Shown here in pieces: positions 25,640 through 39,949 of a DNA stretch of 64,000 bases. Both the position numbers and the translations under genes were made by a program. The notes beneath the pieces were generated by a model. The model was not told the origin of the DNA. It saw only the letters and a program-made list of their open reading frames with translations, and ran no database searches. The stretch spans positions 30,380,001 through 30,444,000 of the forward strand of contig OZ024748.1 in assembly GCA_964016885.1 (NCBI GenBank), in the 5' to 3' direction. Numbering within the stretch: the stretch's first letter is position 1; every line of letters starts with the position of its first letter. The DNA comes from Eledone cirrhosa (Eukaryota).

Positions 25640-27352
25640 TCCTTCCCTCTCCCCGACCCCACTTACATTTATTTCCCTTTTCCTATCTCCTCCTCCACTT
25701 GTATTTCTTAACATTCTGTACCATATGAAATCACATTAGTAAGACATTTTTGAAAATTACAAAACAAGCACTATGACTGTATCACATGAAAACATTTTAA
25801 TTAACAAACCTATTTTTAGATATTTTCTGCTAAATAATTACAAGATGTTAAGAATTAACATCAGAAGATTGTTCCCAAACTAACTGCCCAATTTCTTATA
25901 TTTTCCAAATATTTTTTTTTTTTTTTTAAATCAAAGTCCAGTTTAGTGCTACTGCTGTTACAATGTTCCATTTTATCATGTGAATCAGCCCATTTCCTCT
26001 TCTCATTATAAAAATATAAACTTTGAAAGAGACAGCTTTAAAAAGTATTAATGTTTTTTTTTTAAATTGAGTATGTTACTTACTCAATCTTCCAGTCAGT
26101 ATTAATTTGTGATGATGGCGACGATGATGATAAAAAACAATAAACCTCTTGCATATACTGAAGCAGCATCTTCACCTTACCCACATCTCCTAAATACTCC
26201 TCACTCCCCCAATTTTCTATATCGTTTTGATAACATCTTAATATGACTCTCACCCTCCTCCTCCTCTATCTCCAATAACTAGGTGCAAGTTTAACAATTA
26301 GTGATTCATATAGCATATAATAAAATATATCTATCATAGACAATCAATGCCTATACTCTGCCATGGACTCTTTCTCAGTGCCTGCATTCAGTTCGAAAAA
26401 AAAATATATATATACATATAAAAAACAACAAAAAAGCTAGATCAGTTTCCTTTCTCCCCACTTTCCCTTCTAAATTTAGGATTGCTTGCTTCCATTTCTT
26501 CATCCCCACCCTCCATAATTTTAAAATGGAATTTATTAATTCGCAACAGCATGTGTCTGATTGATTCTTGTTGAGATTCATGTAACCTAAGTATTAAGTT
26601 GAATTAACTCATTGAATAGAAATATTTTCAAAGAATTTACTTGATACACACACACACATATATTATAAGCATTTTCAAGCCATTTCCTATTGTCCCTTTG
26701 ATAGGCTTAATTGTGTTCATCATGGAATCCTTTTTCAGGCAATGTTTTATGGCTGAATGCTCTTCCTGGTGCCAACTCCTTTTAGTTGCCACTTATGACC
26801 TGCAGGGAAATAGTATCCCTATTCTAAACTGGATACACGCTGTGTGTGTGTGTATATATATATATATCAGCAAATGTTTTGAAATATGTTTTAGTATATA
26901 TGTAGTAGAAATGTTTTAGTATATATTACTAAAATACTATATATATATATAAAGGCCCATAGAACAAATTTGACATGTTTCTTACATAACCTTTTATCAC
27001 CAACCTATTTACCTATGTAGAACCAGAACTAGAAGGCAGTGCCAAATTCTTGGTTCCTCCTCTCTTTTTTTTTCTTGTTATTATTGGGCTGCTGTTTTTG
27101 CTCTGATCTTTAAAGAATACTATTTTATATTCTGCTTAAACCCATTATCTGAATTCTCTTGTGATATTGCACCATCATTCTGTCCCTGCTGGCCAGTGGA
27201 ATTTGGGGTCATAATGGTTTTTTGGCTGTATGTTTTTATGTTTCAGCTAGTTTGTATGTTTTGTGTAAGTTTCACCTGTATTGAAGTGTTTATATTTCTA
27301 TCAGTAGCTATTATGAAGGAAATGTTGGATGGGTGTTGAATCCTAAATTGAA

Positions 27353-27383
<31 letters not shown>

Positions 27384-28328
27384 CTATATATATATATATA
27401 ATCATTTTCTGTGTTTGTTTTGCAAGATTCTTTATGTGAAATCATGTGTTAAAACAGATACTTTGGGAGGGTCATGTTGTCAATAAAAACATACCCACTA
27501 CTTAAGTTTCACTTCAGTTTTTATTATTTATCCAGTAACTAAGGGTGGTGGATTGGTGGAATTGGTAGAGCCTCAGAAAAAATATCTTGCAATATTTCTT
27601 CCATCTTTTTATGTTCTTGAGTTCAAATTCTGCCATGGTCAACTTTACCTTTCATCCTTTTAGGTTCAATTAAATAAAAAGTCATTACGTATCTGCCAAT
27701 TTTTATTTCAAGTAAATTGCTTAAACCCTATCATTATGGAAGACATTTTGAAAATATTTCTAATGGAAGGAATTATAACTATCATTCTCATTAATAATCT
27801 AGTGTTTGGTGTTTAAACCATAGCTTAACAAAGGTTCTTAAATAAAATTAAGATGAAAGATTTTTAGATATCCATAAACACTTTAAAACAATCAGTTTTC
27901 TATCATAAAACCAGGTGTGTTATCAAAGGGGTTAATTCAGATTTTCTTTTATATACAAAGGAGAACTTTGGAGATATTTCATTTTTTGTTTTGTTTCGTA
28001 TTAATGTAATTTTTTTGTTTTTTCAACTGTTGTTGTATACTGTATTGTGAGTTCTACTGAAATTGATTTTTCATCTGAGGTCAAGGTTTTGAAATAAGTG
28101 CTTAGAGAACCAATTTCTTAGCAACAGGATAAATGGTATAGAACCCGCAAAGTCAGTGATGCACTAAAGAAATGAAGTTGTTTGACTTAGAGAAACAATA
28201 TCACATCACCATCTTAACCTTTTTACGAAGAATCTTCTGATACTTTCTGTTTGATATTTTTATTTGTAGTTTTTCTTATGTAAATTTCAAGGAGAGTATA
28301 CATATATGTATATATATATATATATAGA

Positions 28329-28500
28329 TATATTTTCACGATCGACTTTCGTCAAATCGGACCGAGGAAACAATGCTAATACTATCTATCGGTTGCAACT
28401 CCAGGTAGAAGGAGCTCCTTCTACCTGGAGTTACAGCCGATAGATAGTATTAGCATTGTTTCCTCGGTCCAATTTGACGAAAGTCGACCGTGAAAATATA
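28329..28500. repeat. Loopless palindrome inside a (TA)n tract
   Basis: Centre GAAGGAG|CTCCTTC at 28414/28415, with 86-nt arms and 4 mismatches. Confidence 0.9.
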
Positions 28501-28641
28501 TATATATATATATATACAATGATTCTATGAATATATTTGTATGTATGTATGTATGTGTATGTATATCTATGTGTATGTCTATATATTTGTATATATGCAT
28601 TTGTGTGTGTGTGTGTGTCTATATATTTGTATATATGCATT

Positions 28642-28672
<31 letters not shown>

Positions 28673-29365
28673 TCAAATTATAGATGTTCCTGAAAATTGA
28701 AACTTGAGGCTTTATTCATTAAAAATTGTAGCTCTGCCGAAATGGGAAAAAACAAACAAACATCATGGTTGTATGTATTGTTGATATGGTTTTGTAGCAA
28801 TTTAATTCTTCAAAGAGCTGGGAGCTTGGGCAAGGGGTTACTTTCTACTTCAGATTTAGAGCCAAAGAACAATAAAATCACATTTTTCTTTTCTTTATAT
28901 TCAATCTTGCTAAAGTTCCATTCATTCCGGAACACTTGTTTCATATTGTTCTCTAACATTTCATAGATATCATTTTATTTTTATGCACACACGCACACAC
29001 ACATATGTATACGTATATATATATGGCAAGAACATCATAAAAAAAAAGACTGATACTTTATGAACTAGAGTGTTATCAATTTCAGAATCATAATACCACA
29101 TCATCTTTTCAGTGTTTTCTTGTGTTCCTCCATGCTCTGTGCCAAAATAATGTGAAAAGAAACAATATTTTTTTCCGTCCAACTGGATATGAACACAATT
29201 CAACCTCTTTGCTCTCCCTGAAATGTATTTTTATTTTTTATTTTACAGAGATAGTCACTCTGTAATAGTGACGGTTTTTTCCTCCACCTTGACATGTTAG
29301 TCAGGTAACCCAGGGGTCGATTTCTTTTTCTATTTTCATAATGAAGGACTAAAATATTTTGATGC

Positions 29366-29841
29366 CTAACTCTTAACATCCAGTACCACAATAAAACTTT
29401 GACTGCAAATTTTCACAACAATCTGTCCACTCTTAAATATAATATAAACATTTGAATGAATTAACAGGCCAATTTTTAGTTATTTTGTGCTAAATCATTA
29501 CAGGATGTTAAAAGTTAACATCCTGTACCACATGAAACCACATTAGCAAGACCTTTTTAGAAAGTATAAAAGAGCACTGACTGCATCACAGTTTACTACA
29601 AATTTTCAGAATGATCTGTTCACTAGTAAAGATACTATTAACACTTGAATTAACAAATCTCATGAAACTGCATTCACAAGACATTCTTGGAAAATACAAA
29701 ACATCACGAAAGTATTTACATTAGTTTATTGCAAATTTTCACAATGATCTGCCCCACCACTAAAGATACGATAAACATTTGAAATAATATAGCAATTTTT
29801 AGCTATTTTCTGCTAAATCATTACAGGATGTCATGAGTTAA
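29366..29841. mobile_element. Tandem TTAA-flanked MITEs with TIR CTCTTAACATCCTGTA
   Basis: TAACTCTTAACATCC...ACAGGATGTTAARAGTTAA. Further copies at ~25708-25858 and ~25057-25089. Confidence 0.6.
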
Positions 29842-30009
29842 GTAGTGTTAGTAAGTAGGAAGTCCTTTTGGGTTACTTCTAACTCTGTTAGAAAACATCA
29901 CAGCCAACATTTTAGAACAGTATTGTCTTTTTCTCATTTTTAATGTTTTTTTTTTAAAGAGTATCAGCAAACATTTGCCACATATGTAAAGACACTGTAT
30001 CTTGAACTT

Positions 30010-30045
<36 letters not shown>

Positions 30046-31342
30046 TTCTATGGAGGTAACTGTCTAATGTTATTTGTCAAAGTTATTAGGGTGTGATTAA
30101 TTGTATTATCATTTAAACCAACAGTTCCTAACCTGGTATTTATAAATGTAGCACTGGGAATCTGTGAAATAAGTTCAAAATTCCAAATACTTCATTCTTC
30201 TCTAATTATAGATATTTCTCTCTTTGATTTGTTATTCTCACCATATAATAATTATATTATATAAGAGGGGATAAGTATGAACTAATTTCAGAATTTCAAA
30301 TACTTTGTTAAAAACATAATATACCACACACTATTGGGTATCCATTCTCCTCTAAGTATAACCCATCTGTCTCTTTCAAATCTTATTCTCAATATATAGC
30401 AAACAGAGAGAGAAGTAATTGTAGTTAGGGGTCTGTAGGGAAAATTTATTAAAATAAAAGGGGCTCTTTTGTAGTGTCAAGTTTGGGAACTACTGGTTTT
30501 ACATGTTAACAACAATGTAGTGATTTTTCTTGATCTGTTCAAAAGATGATATTGCTTTTGAGTTTATCATATACAAGATATTAACTAGTTTGTTCAACCA
30601 AACTTGCAGTATGTATATATAGTTGGGGTCTGCCTCTCCTTAATACTAGAACCAGTATCAGTAAGATGTTACTGAAACAATAAATATATTTTCAATAAAT
30701 TAATTGCATATGGAAGTTTGTCATGGTTGAAAGAAATTTAATAAATAAAGTGCAAGAATAAGAATATCATCTAAATGTTTGTATGTAAATCCCTTTTATT
30801 ATTGAGAAATTTTGAAGTCAATGTTTATATATATATATATAGATATCCGTATATAGTTGAGACGAGAGAAAAGAGTACACAAGAATGTTCTTGCCTGATG
30901 ACACTTTGAACAAGCAGGTGATACTCCAGAGTAATAAGACTCACTATTTAACCATAATAAATGTATATATTTATATACACCCATTAATATTTTTACTCAA
31001 GGTAGTACAACCCTTATAATTCAATGTAATGTAGATATGAATAGCCTATTGAAGCAAAGTGAAATTTTTAAATTTTTTTTAAGTGGTATCTTATTAAACA
31101 TCATTGAATATTCAAAACCTACAAAGTCAGATATATATGGTTGAACAATACCTTATATATATAAAGGGAGAGAGAAATATGTAAAATCTCGACCAGGGTG
31201 CCAAACAATTTTGGCTTGTGTGTTCAATGGCGTATATATATATATATATATACACACTCCTCTACAATCAAAATAATAGAGTAGACATTTATTTTAGGCT
31301 ACAAGGAACAATTGGCTAAAACGGTAGGGTGCTAGTTCTATA

Positions 31343-31589
31343 GTAGTGTTTCTCAAAGTGGGTTCTGTAAAAAAATATATATATATTCAGGGGTCACAAG
31401 ATTTTAACAAAATTTTATAATTTCTTTTTCTATATGACAATTCTCTTTCTGAAACAATTTTTGTTTCATTTAATGTTTTATTAATATTAGGGTGGTGGTG
31501 AATTGTCTGTAAAATTAGTTATGGGTTCCACAAGTTTTGGAAAAACATAGGGGTTTTACAGCAAATTGAAAATAAGTTTGGGAAGCACT
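31343..31589. mobile_element. hAT/Charlie-like MITE
   Basis: TAGTGTTTCTCAAA...GTTTGGGAAGCACTG termini. Another copy at 33543-33914 (CAGTGGTTCCC..GGAACCACTG) carries a nested TTAA MITE. Confidence 0.55.
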
Positions 31590-32817
31590 GCTCTAATGAA
31601 TGTTTCTGCTAGGGGACCTAAATATGCCTTTTACCTGTCTGGAGATCAATAATAAAATACTGAAAATCAATTTCAGGTAACTCTAACTATCTCCTTGTGA
31701 GAAAAAATTTTTTTTAAATAAAATTAAGTGCCCCTTTCCCCTATTGTGAAGGCACTTAACCTAGTGGTTAGGGTGTTGGACTTCATAACCATAAGGTTGT
31801 GGGTTTGATTCCGGCACCTGGCAAAATACTTTATTTAGTATTGCTTTTCATTATAAGACTGGGAACTCTATCATTAAAACACCCAAGAAATCTCCTATAA
31901 GTTACAACCTTGTAGAAGGCCAGCTAAACTTACTTAGGTGTTGTAAATTTTTTTTTTTTCCCCCTATTTCCCTCCTCCATTATACAATTCCTTTTATAAA
32001 TTCACTAGTGCCCTTCATGAAAAAAGAACCGTCCCTAAATCTGGTAAGCAATCTTACTTGACACTTAACCTTTTCCTCGTAGTCTTTCATAATTAAAAAT
32101 ATTTTTTTTTCAAATGTTCAAAATGAACTTACCTGGCACCACAAGGCTGATTTTTTTTTTTTTTTTTTTAAAAAGAGACTATCATTTGTTAAATTTTATT
32201 TTGTGTATTCTTCCCACTAATGTAATCTATATACAATTATTTTGTCTAATTCATAGTTTTTGTGAAGTGAACAGTCTAGGTTCTATGTATGGAGTGTAGA
32301 ACCTTTTTCACTATTTCTTTTTCTTCAATCTATTTTATTTTTTATTATCAATTTTTAAAAAAATTCAACCTTTCAGCTGCTTTTGATATGTATATATATT
32401 TTATTTATTATGATTATTAGGGTGATGGATTGACAGTTTCTGTAGAGCGTCGGACACCATGCTTTGCGGCATAGTTACGGCCCTTTACGTTCTGAGTTCA
32501 AATCCTGCCGATGCACTGGGGTTGATTTAATCAACTTTCCCCTCCTCCAAAAATTGTTGGCCACATGCCTAAATCAGAAACCATTATTATTATTAAAGAA
32601 TTTTTTTTTTTTTTGCTGTTGTCTCTCCTGCACATCATTGCTAAGAGACACACTCTTCTGCATGCACCATATAACTTATAACCAGTTATGAATTAGTATT
32701 AAGGTTAAGGCAGACTTTACAAATAACTAGTTTGCTATAGCATTTGTATTACAAACAAGTTTCATGCAAAAAAAATCATTTCAGTTATTTATTTTCCATT
32801 TTCATGGTAGGGAGTTT

Positions 32818-33273
32818 TTAACCCTTTCGGCACTGTGGCCTTTTTACTATATAGCAAAATATAGTTAATTGTCAAAAACAATACCACTCAACATTTTTAT
32901 GCAGATTTATTGCTCATGTTGTGTTTTTGGCTACATTACTAAGTCAGATGTATTACCCATGTAGTATAGTGTATTGGGCTATGTTGCTAGGTCCGATATA
33001 TCACCCATGTAGTGTTTGCCTACATCACTGTGTCAAATGTATTGCCATGTAGTGTTTTGGGCTACAGTGCTAGGTCCAATGTATTGCCCATGTAGTGTTT
33101 TTGGTTATTGGGTCTAATATATCACCCATGTGGTATTTTTGGCTACATTACTACATCTGATATATCACCCATCTAATGTTTTTGCTTATGTTACTAGGTC
33201 TGATGTATCACTCATATGTTTTTAGCTACATTACTGCATCTGGTATATCAGCCATGTAGTGCTATAAGGGTTA
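32818..33273. mobile_element. TTAA/CCCTT-ended MITE with internal ~40-bp tandem repeats
   Basis: TTAACCCTTT...TAAGGGTTA termini, and about 8 units of GGCTACATTACTAGGTCTGATATATCACCCATGTAGTGTTTTT. Confidence 0.5.
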
Positions 33274-34635
33274 TGTGCCATAATATAAAAAAATGCTCTC
33301 CTAAAATATTGGAGAGGGATACTGCATACGCTGCTGTCTCTATCTTTTGTTCAGTAAAATTGTGAAATATATATATGGGGCTGGGAGGGAGTCCTCAGGA
33401 AGGTAATTTAACATGGGATATATGTATAATATGGTATTAAATGTTGCTGTATAAATTTCTATAATGTACACACTGCTGAGTTGGTTTTTTTTCACCCTTT
33501 TGTGGGTATCTGGAAAGTGTCTTACATATGTATTTTCTAAGCCAGTGGTTCCCAACTTTGAGGGTAAGTTTGTTGAGTTGACAGATTTTCAAAACATTGA
33601 GGCATCTGTGAGATTAAATAGATCTTTTAAAACATTGGGATCTGTGAGAAAACTTCATTTAACCTTTTTGTGACCATGTTTCTAATGAAAGACACTGCCT
33701 ATAATAACTTTTAAATAATCAAGAATTTGGAGGGATTTTGTAATATAACTTTTTCATTACTAAGCTGGTTCCTATGTAAAATCATGATGGAACGCTTTTA
33801 GATAAATATAAATAAACTGCTTTGTATCGTAGAATGAGGACCAGTTTCAGGGGGTTTAGTATTCAAAGGGTTAAATACACAGGATGTTTGGTTGGTAATG
33901 AAAAGGAACCACTGGCCTAAGTTATGTTATTTGCTTGACAACAAAACTGCTATCATTTGTTTTGTATTGTTTTTTTAATTGTCAATTTTCAATCAGAAAT
34001 TTAATTAAAAAGTGACATTGGTTTAAATGGTATTAATTACATATTATTATGTACTATTTCATTTGCATGTTTTATCAAATTTAGGTCAGCAGCACCTTTT
34101 TTTAATTTCCCATAGCTATGGCAACCTTTTATCCTTTGATTTGATTTCTGTTGTCCATTTGTCTCTCAGTTCAGTGGGAAAAAACATTTAAAATTATTTA
34201 ATAAATAAAAGAAAAAATTGAATTTGTTGTCTTTTTGTCAGTTATTTTTCTTTTAAAATTATTATTATTTTGGTGGGTATATTGGCAGTATCAGTAGAGC
34301 ATCAAACAACATGCTTTGCAGCATAGAGTTACAGCCCTTTGTTTTGAGTTCAAATCTTGCTGAGGTTAGTTTTGCTTACAGGGTTCGATAAGATAAAGTA
34401 CCAGTAATGGACTAGCGTCAATTTAATCAAATTTCCCTTCCTCACCAAATTGTTGAAACCATTATTTTGGAAGTGTGTTGACTTCAGGAGAGCATCAGAG
34501 CTTTGGGGTCAACTTCGCCATCTTTCCAGGGTCGATAAAATAAAATATCAGTAACGCACTGGGGTCAATTTAATCAACTTTACTTATCCCCTTCAAATTG
34601 CTGGCCTTGTGCCAATGTAGAAACAATTATTATTC

Positions 34636-34900
34636 TGGTTGTTGTTATTTTTGCTGTTGCTGATGTTGTTGCCATTGTTGATGTTGCTATTGCTGATGTT
34701 GATGCTGATGCTATTGCTGATGTTGTTGCTATTGCTGATGTTGTTATTGTTGCTATTGCTGCTGATGTTGCTGTTGCTATTGCTGATGTTGTTATTGTTG
34801 GTATTAGTTTTATGCTTATTTACATTTCTGTTGTTGAGGTTGTTGTTGTCATTGCTGCTGGTGTTAATTCCTGTTCTGATTTTTATTGTTGTTGTTGTTC
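34636..34900. repeat. (GTT/GCT/GAT)n trinucleotide repeat
   Basis: Direct reading of the sequence. Confidence 0.9.
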
Positions 34901-35177
34901 AATGATATGTTAATGAATATGTAATAACAATAGAATCTCAATATACAATATGGTGTATATATATTAATTAGATTCTGAATAGTCTGAGGATAGTGGGGAA
35001 CAGTCAGAAAGTGAGTGTTTGTATATGATGCAAGGGATAAAATCAATACACTCATTATATATATATGTTTTTGTGTTATATATACATATATTGAACAATA
35101 TCAAGTAGGATTTAAAAGAGACAATAAGCTCCTTGATGATATATAGGTGTGTGTGTATTTGTATTTATATGTATATA

Positions 35178-35787
35178 CTAACAGTGGTACCCGGCGTTGC
35201 ATGGGATAAGGTATTTTGGAACGCAGGCCGCCAACGGACCTAATCGTGGAAAAACCATGCCTGGACAATATGTTAAGAAAATAAACCGAATACTCTGATG
35301 GCTCGATAATCTTTAAGATTTTCCTCTATGAAGCAGGAAAAATGCAGGTTTTCACCTAATGCGGGCCCTAGGGGATCAATAAAATGAATTTTTTTTATGT
35401 GCATAATATGCCTTGAAATTTCGGGGAAAATCGGCTAGACGTAACGCCTCAAAGAAGCCCTAAAAAGCTGAAAAAATGAAGTTTTTCACCTAATGCGGGC
35501 CCTAGGCCATAAAAAAATTGGATTTTCTTTGCTCACGGTATGAAGAAGAGACTGACTAATACATAGTTACAATTTCAAAGAAATCGGTCTGACGTAACAC
35601 CTAAAAAAACAGTTTTTTACCTAATGCGGGGCCCTAGGGGATCAAAAAGTTGAATTTTTTTATGTGCATAACACTCCCTGAAACATAATACACATGTAAA
35701 GTTTGAAAACAGTCGGTTGGGTGGTTCTCGAGTTTTAGGGATTCAAACTCACACACACACAGACATCCTCAGTTTTATATATATAGA
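35178..35787 (-). mobile_element. Non-autonomous Helitron
   Basis: Minus strand starts A|TCTATATATATAAAACTGAGG and ends with hairpin CCCATGCAACGCCGGG, then TTAG|T. Three internal ~130-bp repeats (TTTTCACCTAATGCGGGCCCTAGG). Confidence 0.75.
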
Positions 35788-36382
35788 TGTATCATTTAAC
35801 TCCGATCTTCTTTGTTAAGGGTTGGACATCTATATCATCCCCATCAACACTATTATGTCCATTTTCCATACTGGCATGGGTTGGAAGGATTGTCACGTTC
35901 TGGTACCAGACAGGTTGGATGACAGTCCTGCTCATATGTTCCATAATGCCAAACACTTTACAGAGTGTACTAGGTACATGTTATCATGACACCAGCACTA
36001 CCACTTTATTGCATTGACTGAGTTTATTTTATAATGACACCAGCACTACTGCTTTACAGAGTGTATTTTATGGCACCAGCTCTACAACTTTACAGAATGT
36101 ACTCAACATACATGCATACACACACACACACATATATATATAATACATAATGAGATGCATATACATACACAATAATTACACATGCATACATACACATATA
36201 AAGAGAAGAAAAAGAGAAACTAAGAATTGTTGAAAAAGAGTATAATCTGTGTGTGTGCATATATGTGTGTAAATGTGCATTGGTAAGTGTGTTAGTGTGC
36301 ATATGTGTGTAAATGTGCATTGATAAGTGTGTAAATGTGCATTGGTAAGTGCATATGTGTGTGTTATGAATATTGTACAGAA

Positions 36383-36862
36383 ACCACTGCCATCACCGCT
36401 ACCACCACCATCACCACTACCACCACCATCACTGCCATCACCACTACCACTGCCATCACCACTACCACCACCATCACCACTACCACCGCTAGCACCACCA
36501 TCACTGCCATCACCACTACCACCACCACCATCACTGCCATCACCATTAGCACCACCATCACTACTATCACTGCCATCACCATTACCACCACCATCACCAC
36601 CACCATCACCACTAGCACCACCATCACTGCCATCACCACTACCACCACCATCACAGCCATCACCACTGCCATCACCACTACCACCACTAGCACCACCATC
36701 ACCACTACCACCACCACCACCACTACCATCACCACTACCACCAGCATCACTGCCATCACCACTACCACCAGCATCACTACCATCACCACTACCACCACCA
36801 TCATCACTGCCATCACCACTACCACCACCATCACAGCCATCACCACTATCACCACCACCTAC
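36383..36862. repeat. (CAC/CAT/CAG)n compound trinucleotide repeat
   Basis: Direct reading; it generates spurious Pro-, Thr- and Val-rich ORFs. Confidence 0.95.
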
Positions 36863-36948
36863 TCCCCCATCTATGTCTTTTGAGTGAAAATCTGTTATGG
36901 CCAGATTCTTGAGTGTCTACAAGAAGTGAAATGTCAATATTGAACTCT

Positions 36949-36982
<34 letters not shown>

Positions 36983-37243
36983 CCACGTCTCTATATATGT
37001 CTACATACACATACATCGTCATATATAGAAACACATTCACACACACACATAAATATATACATCTGCGTGCATTTCTGTGCACACACAATCCTGTACATAT
37101 ATGCTTGTGTAGAGACTGAGAAAGAGAGAGATATAGCTTGCCAGTCAGACTGACAGTAACAAAACTACAGGTTCCCTGAAAGTACTGAGAAAGAAAGTAA
37201 TAGCAGAGTTCTAAACCAAATAACTATATATATACATTATAAA

Positions 37244-37285
<42 letters not shown>

Positions 37286-37699
37286 CTTCATTTAAACTAA
37301 AGTTTCTTCAAAATTTTTGGCTGTTTTCATTCATTGACAAAAAAAAGAAGAATAAGAAAAGTAAGGATTTTCTTTCGTTTTTATTATTCATTTTCATTGT
37401 AGTAATTTCTTCTTCTTTTCATTATTGAAACAGTGGTGGATTGGCAGTATCGGTAGATCGTAGATCGTTGGACACCCTGTTTCGCAGCATAGAGTTACGT
37501 CCCTTTACATTCTGAGTTCAAATCCCACCGAGGTTAGCTTTGCCTTTCATCCTTACAGGGTCGATGAAATAAGAGAGTTGATTTAACTGACTTTCCCCTT
37601 CCCCCAAACCGCTGGCCTTGTGCTTAAATCAGAAACCATTATTATTATTATTTGAAACTTCCTTTGATGCCGAGTGTCAACCTGGCACCTGAGGTAAAA

Positions 37700-39740
37700 T
37701 TCGATAATATACACATTTACAATCAATTGTCATTCAAATGATGCCATAAGGGTACAAACACCAGTAAATGTCATTGCAAGTTTTTTAAATTGATAATGCC
37801 CTTATTAGGACATGGGCAGTACCAGTCAGCACTATTTTCTGGATCTCCTGCAGAGATGGCTTTCCAAGTATCAGGTCCAAATATTTTTCAGTTCCCTTTG
37901 TTATTATTCCAAGTGCACCGACTATCACTAGTATTGTACTAAGATGCCACATTTTCTCAATTTCAATTGATAGATCTTTATACTTATTGAGCTTTCCACT
38001 CTTTTGAGGAGATATGATCTTATAGAATGCTCATGCCACTTAAGAAACATGTTTTCTCTTTATGGTCCTTCACAATTATATCAGGTTTGTTGGCCTGCAT
38101 TTGGGTGATGGTTGTACCATTTTCCTTCCATTTTCAGACCATAAAACCTGCACATTACCCAGTATAAGTATTGCCCCACTCTATCATGCATCATTTTATA
38201 TTCCTGGGCAGCTAATATTTTGCAGCCTGAGACAGGAAGGTCTCATCACAGAATTAACAATTTGGGTTAGTTCCATTGGATTGAAAGTTGCACATTAAAA
38301 TACACTGGTCTTGTGCAGCTAAAATGAAGCCCTCACTCTGCCTTTAGCCAAGAACTCCACAGCCACTGATGGGTGAGAGTTTGAGCTACATCAGGTTCTT
38401 TGTTACAGAGAACAGACTGCCCATGCTGTGGTTTTTGATCCAATTTAGTGCACAGTCTCTATTGACCTTCATGTTTTTCCAACACTTTGATATTCTTTGT
38501 GGCTTTGATTGCAGAATCGCCATTATTATTTTCAAACTGTATTACCAATTCTTCTGCAAACTTCCTACTTACCTTTGTAACTGAATGTAACCTCTTCCTT
38601 CCTTCGTGAATTGTGACCATTTTCATTATCCACTCATCTGTGGTTTTAAGGTACTGATTAAGTCCAATGGTTGATATCCTGTATGAAAGCTCAAGCTGAA
38701 TCATTCTTCTACCTCTATTTTGTCTAGGGAGATAGATGAGATCCACATCTGCTTTTGGATGATGTATTCTATTACATGTCAAAAGTTTCCTGATTTTGGT
38801 GTCTATTCACTTAATTTCATTACTGTTCTAATTTATAATATTGAAACTGTAGGTGACAAGGATTGCAAATTCATTTATGGCAGATTATTTATTTCTCGGG
38901 TTAAGCTCTGTTTTCATGACAGCACATTCTCCCAGTAGCATTCCTTCCTGATTCTTCCTTTCATGCCAGTGTGGTAAATACCTTGGCCTTCATTGATTCT
39001 TAGATATCTGTAGGCTTGTTCTTGTTCTAGTTCTTAATTACTGTATTTACATCTATTTCCATTGAGTTTGTGCTTGACAATCTGCCTTTCTTGAATGTTC
39101 CTTTGGCACATTTTTCAAGTCCAAACTTCATTCCCACGTCATTGCTGAATACCTCGACTGTCTTCAGCAGTCCTTCCAGTTTGTTGTCATTTTTGGCATA
39201 CAGCTTCAAGTCATCCATATAAAACAAGTGATTTATGGTTTTGCTGTCTATTTGTAACCATATTTTGTTTTGTTGAGTGCTAAAGTCAGCGTTGTGAGTG
39301 TAATGTAAAATATCAGAGGAGAAAACGAATCCCCTGAAAAATACCACAGTTAATACTTATGCTTTAAGTATTAAATTTATAATTCCATCATTGTGTGACA
39401 ATGATAGGTTTGTATTCCATATAGACATGTTGTATTTCAGGAAGTTTGATATTACTGGGGAAATTTTCAGAACATCCAAAGTTTTCAAGATCCATGTGTG
39501 TGGAGCACTGTCAAATGCTTTATTACAGTCAATTCAAGCAGTACTCAGATTTCTATATTTTTTATGACAGTTTACCAGAATCATGGGGTTAATGAGAAGT
39601 TGGTCTTTGCACCCATAACAACAACTTTTCTGCTCAATAGGGAAAAGATGAATTTCATCCATAAATTTGTAGGTTACCTCTTTGTTGTTGTTTTTCCTTT
39701 ACATGCAGAAATGCCCATTTGTACTGTCCTGTGCTGTCCT
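37700..39740 (-). mobile_element. R4/Dong-clade non-LTR retrotransposon remnant (RT plus RLE region)
   Basis: INHLFYMDDLKLYAK..GMKFGLEKCAK; HHPKADVD.IYLPRQNRGR.MIQLE; C-terminal VIVGALGII motif at ~37900-37935. Confidence 0.8.
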
Positions 39741-39949
39741 TAATGTTATACTTTATGTCAATCCTTGTAGTTAATAAAGAAAGCATTATTAAGGCAGAAT
39801 TAGTAGAGCTTCAGACAACATGCTTTGCAGCATATTATTGTGCTCTTTTACGTTCTGAGCTCAAATCTCGATGAGGTTAGCTTTGCCTTTCATCTTTACG
39901 GGGACAATAAAATAGAGTGTTCCTAGATGATTGCAGTTATTGTTATTGT

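Noticed and set aside
36327-36887. Extensin/mucin-like ORFs
   Set aside because: Translation of a trinucleotide microsatellite with no supporting splice context.
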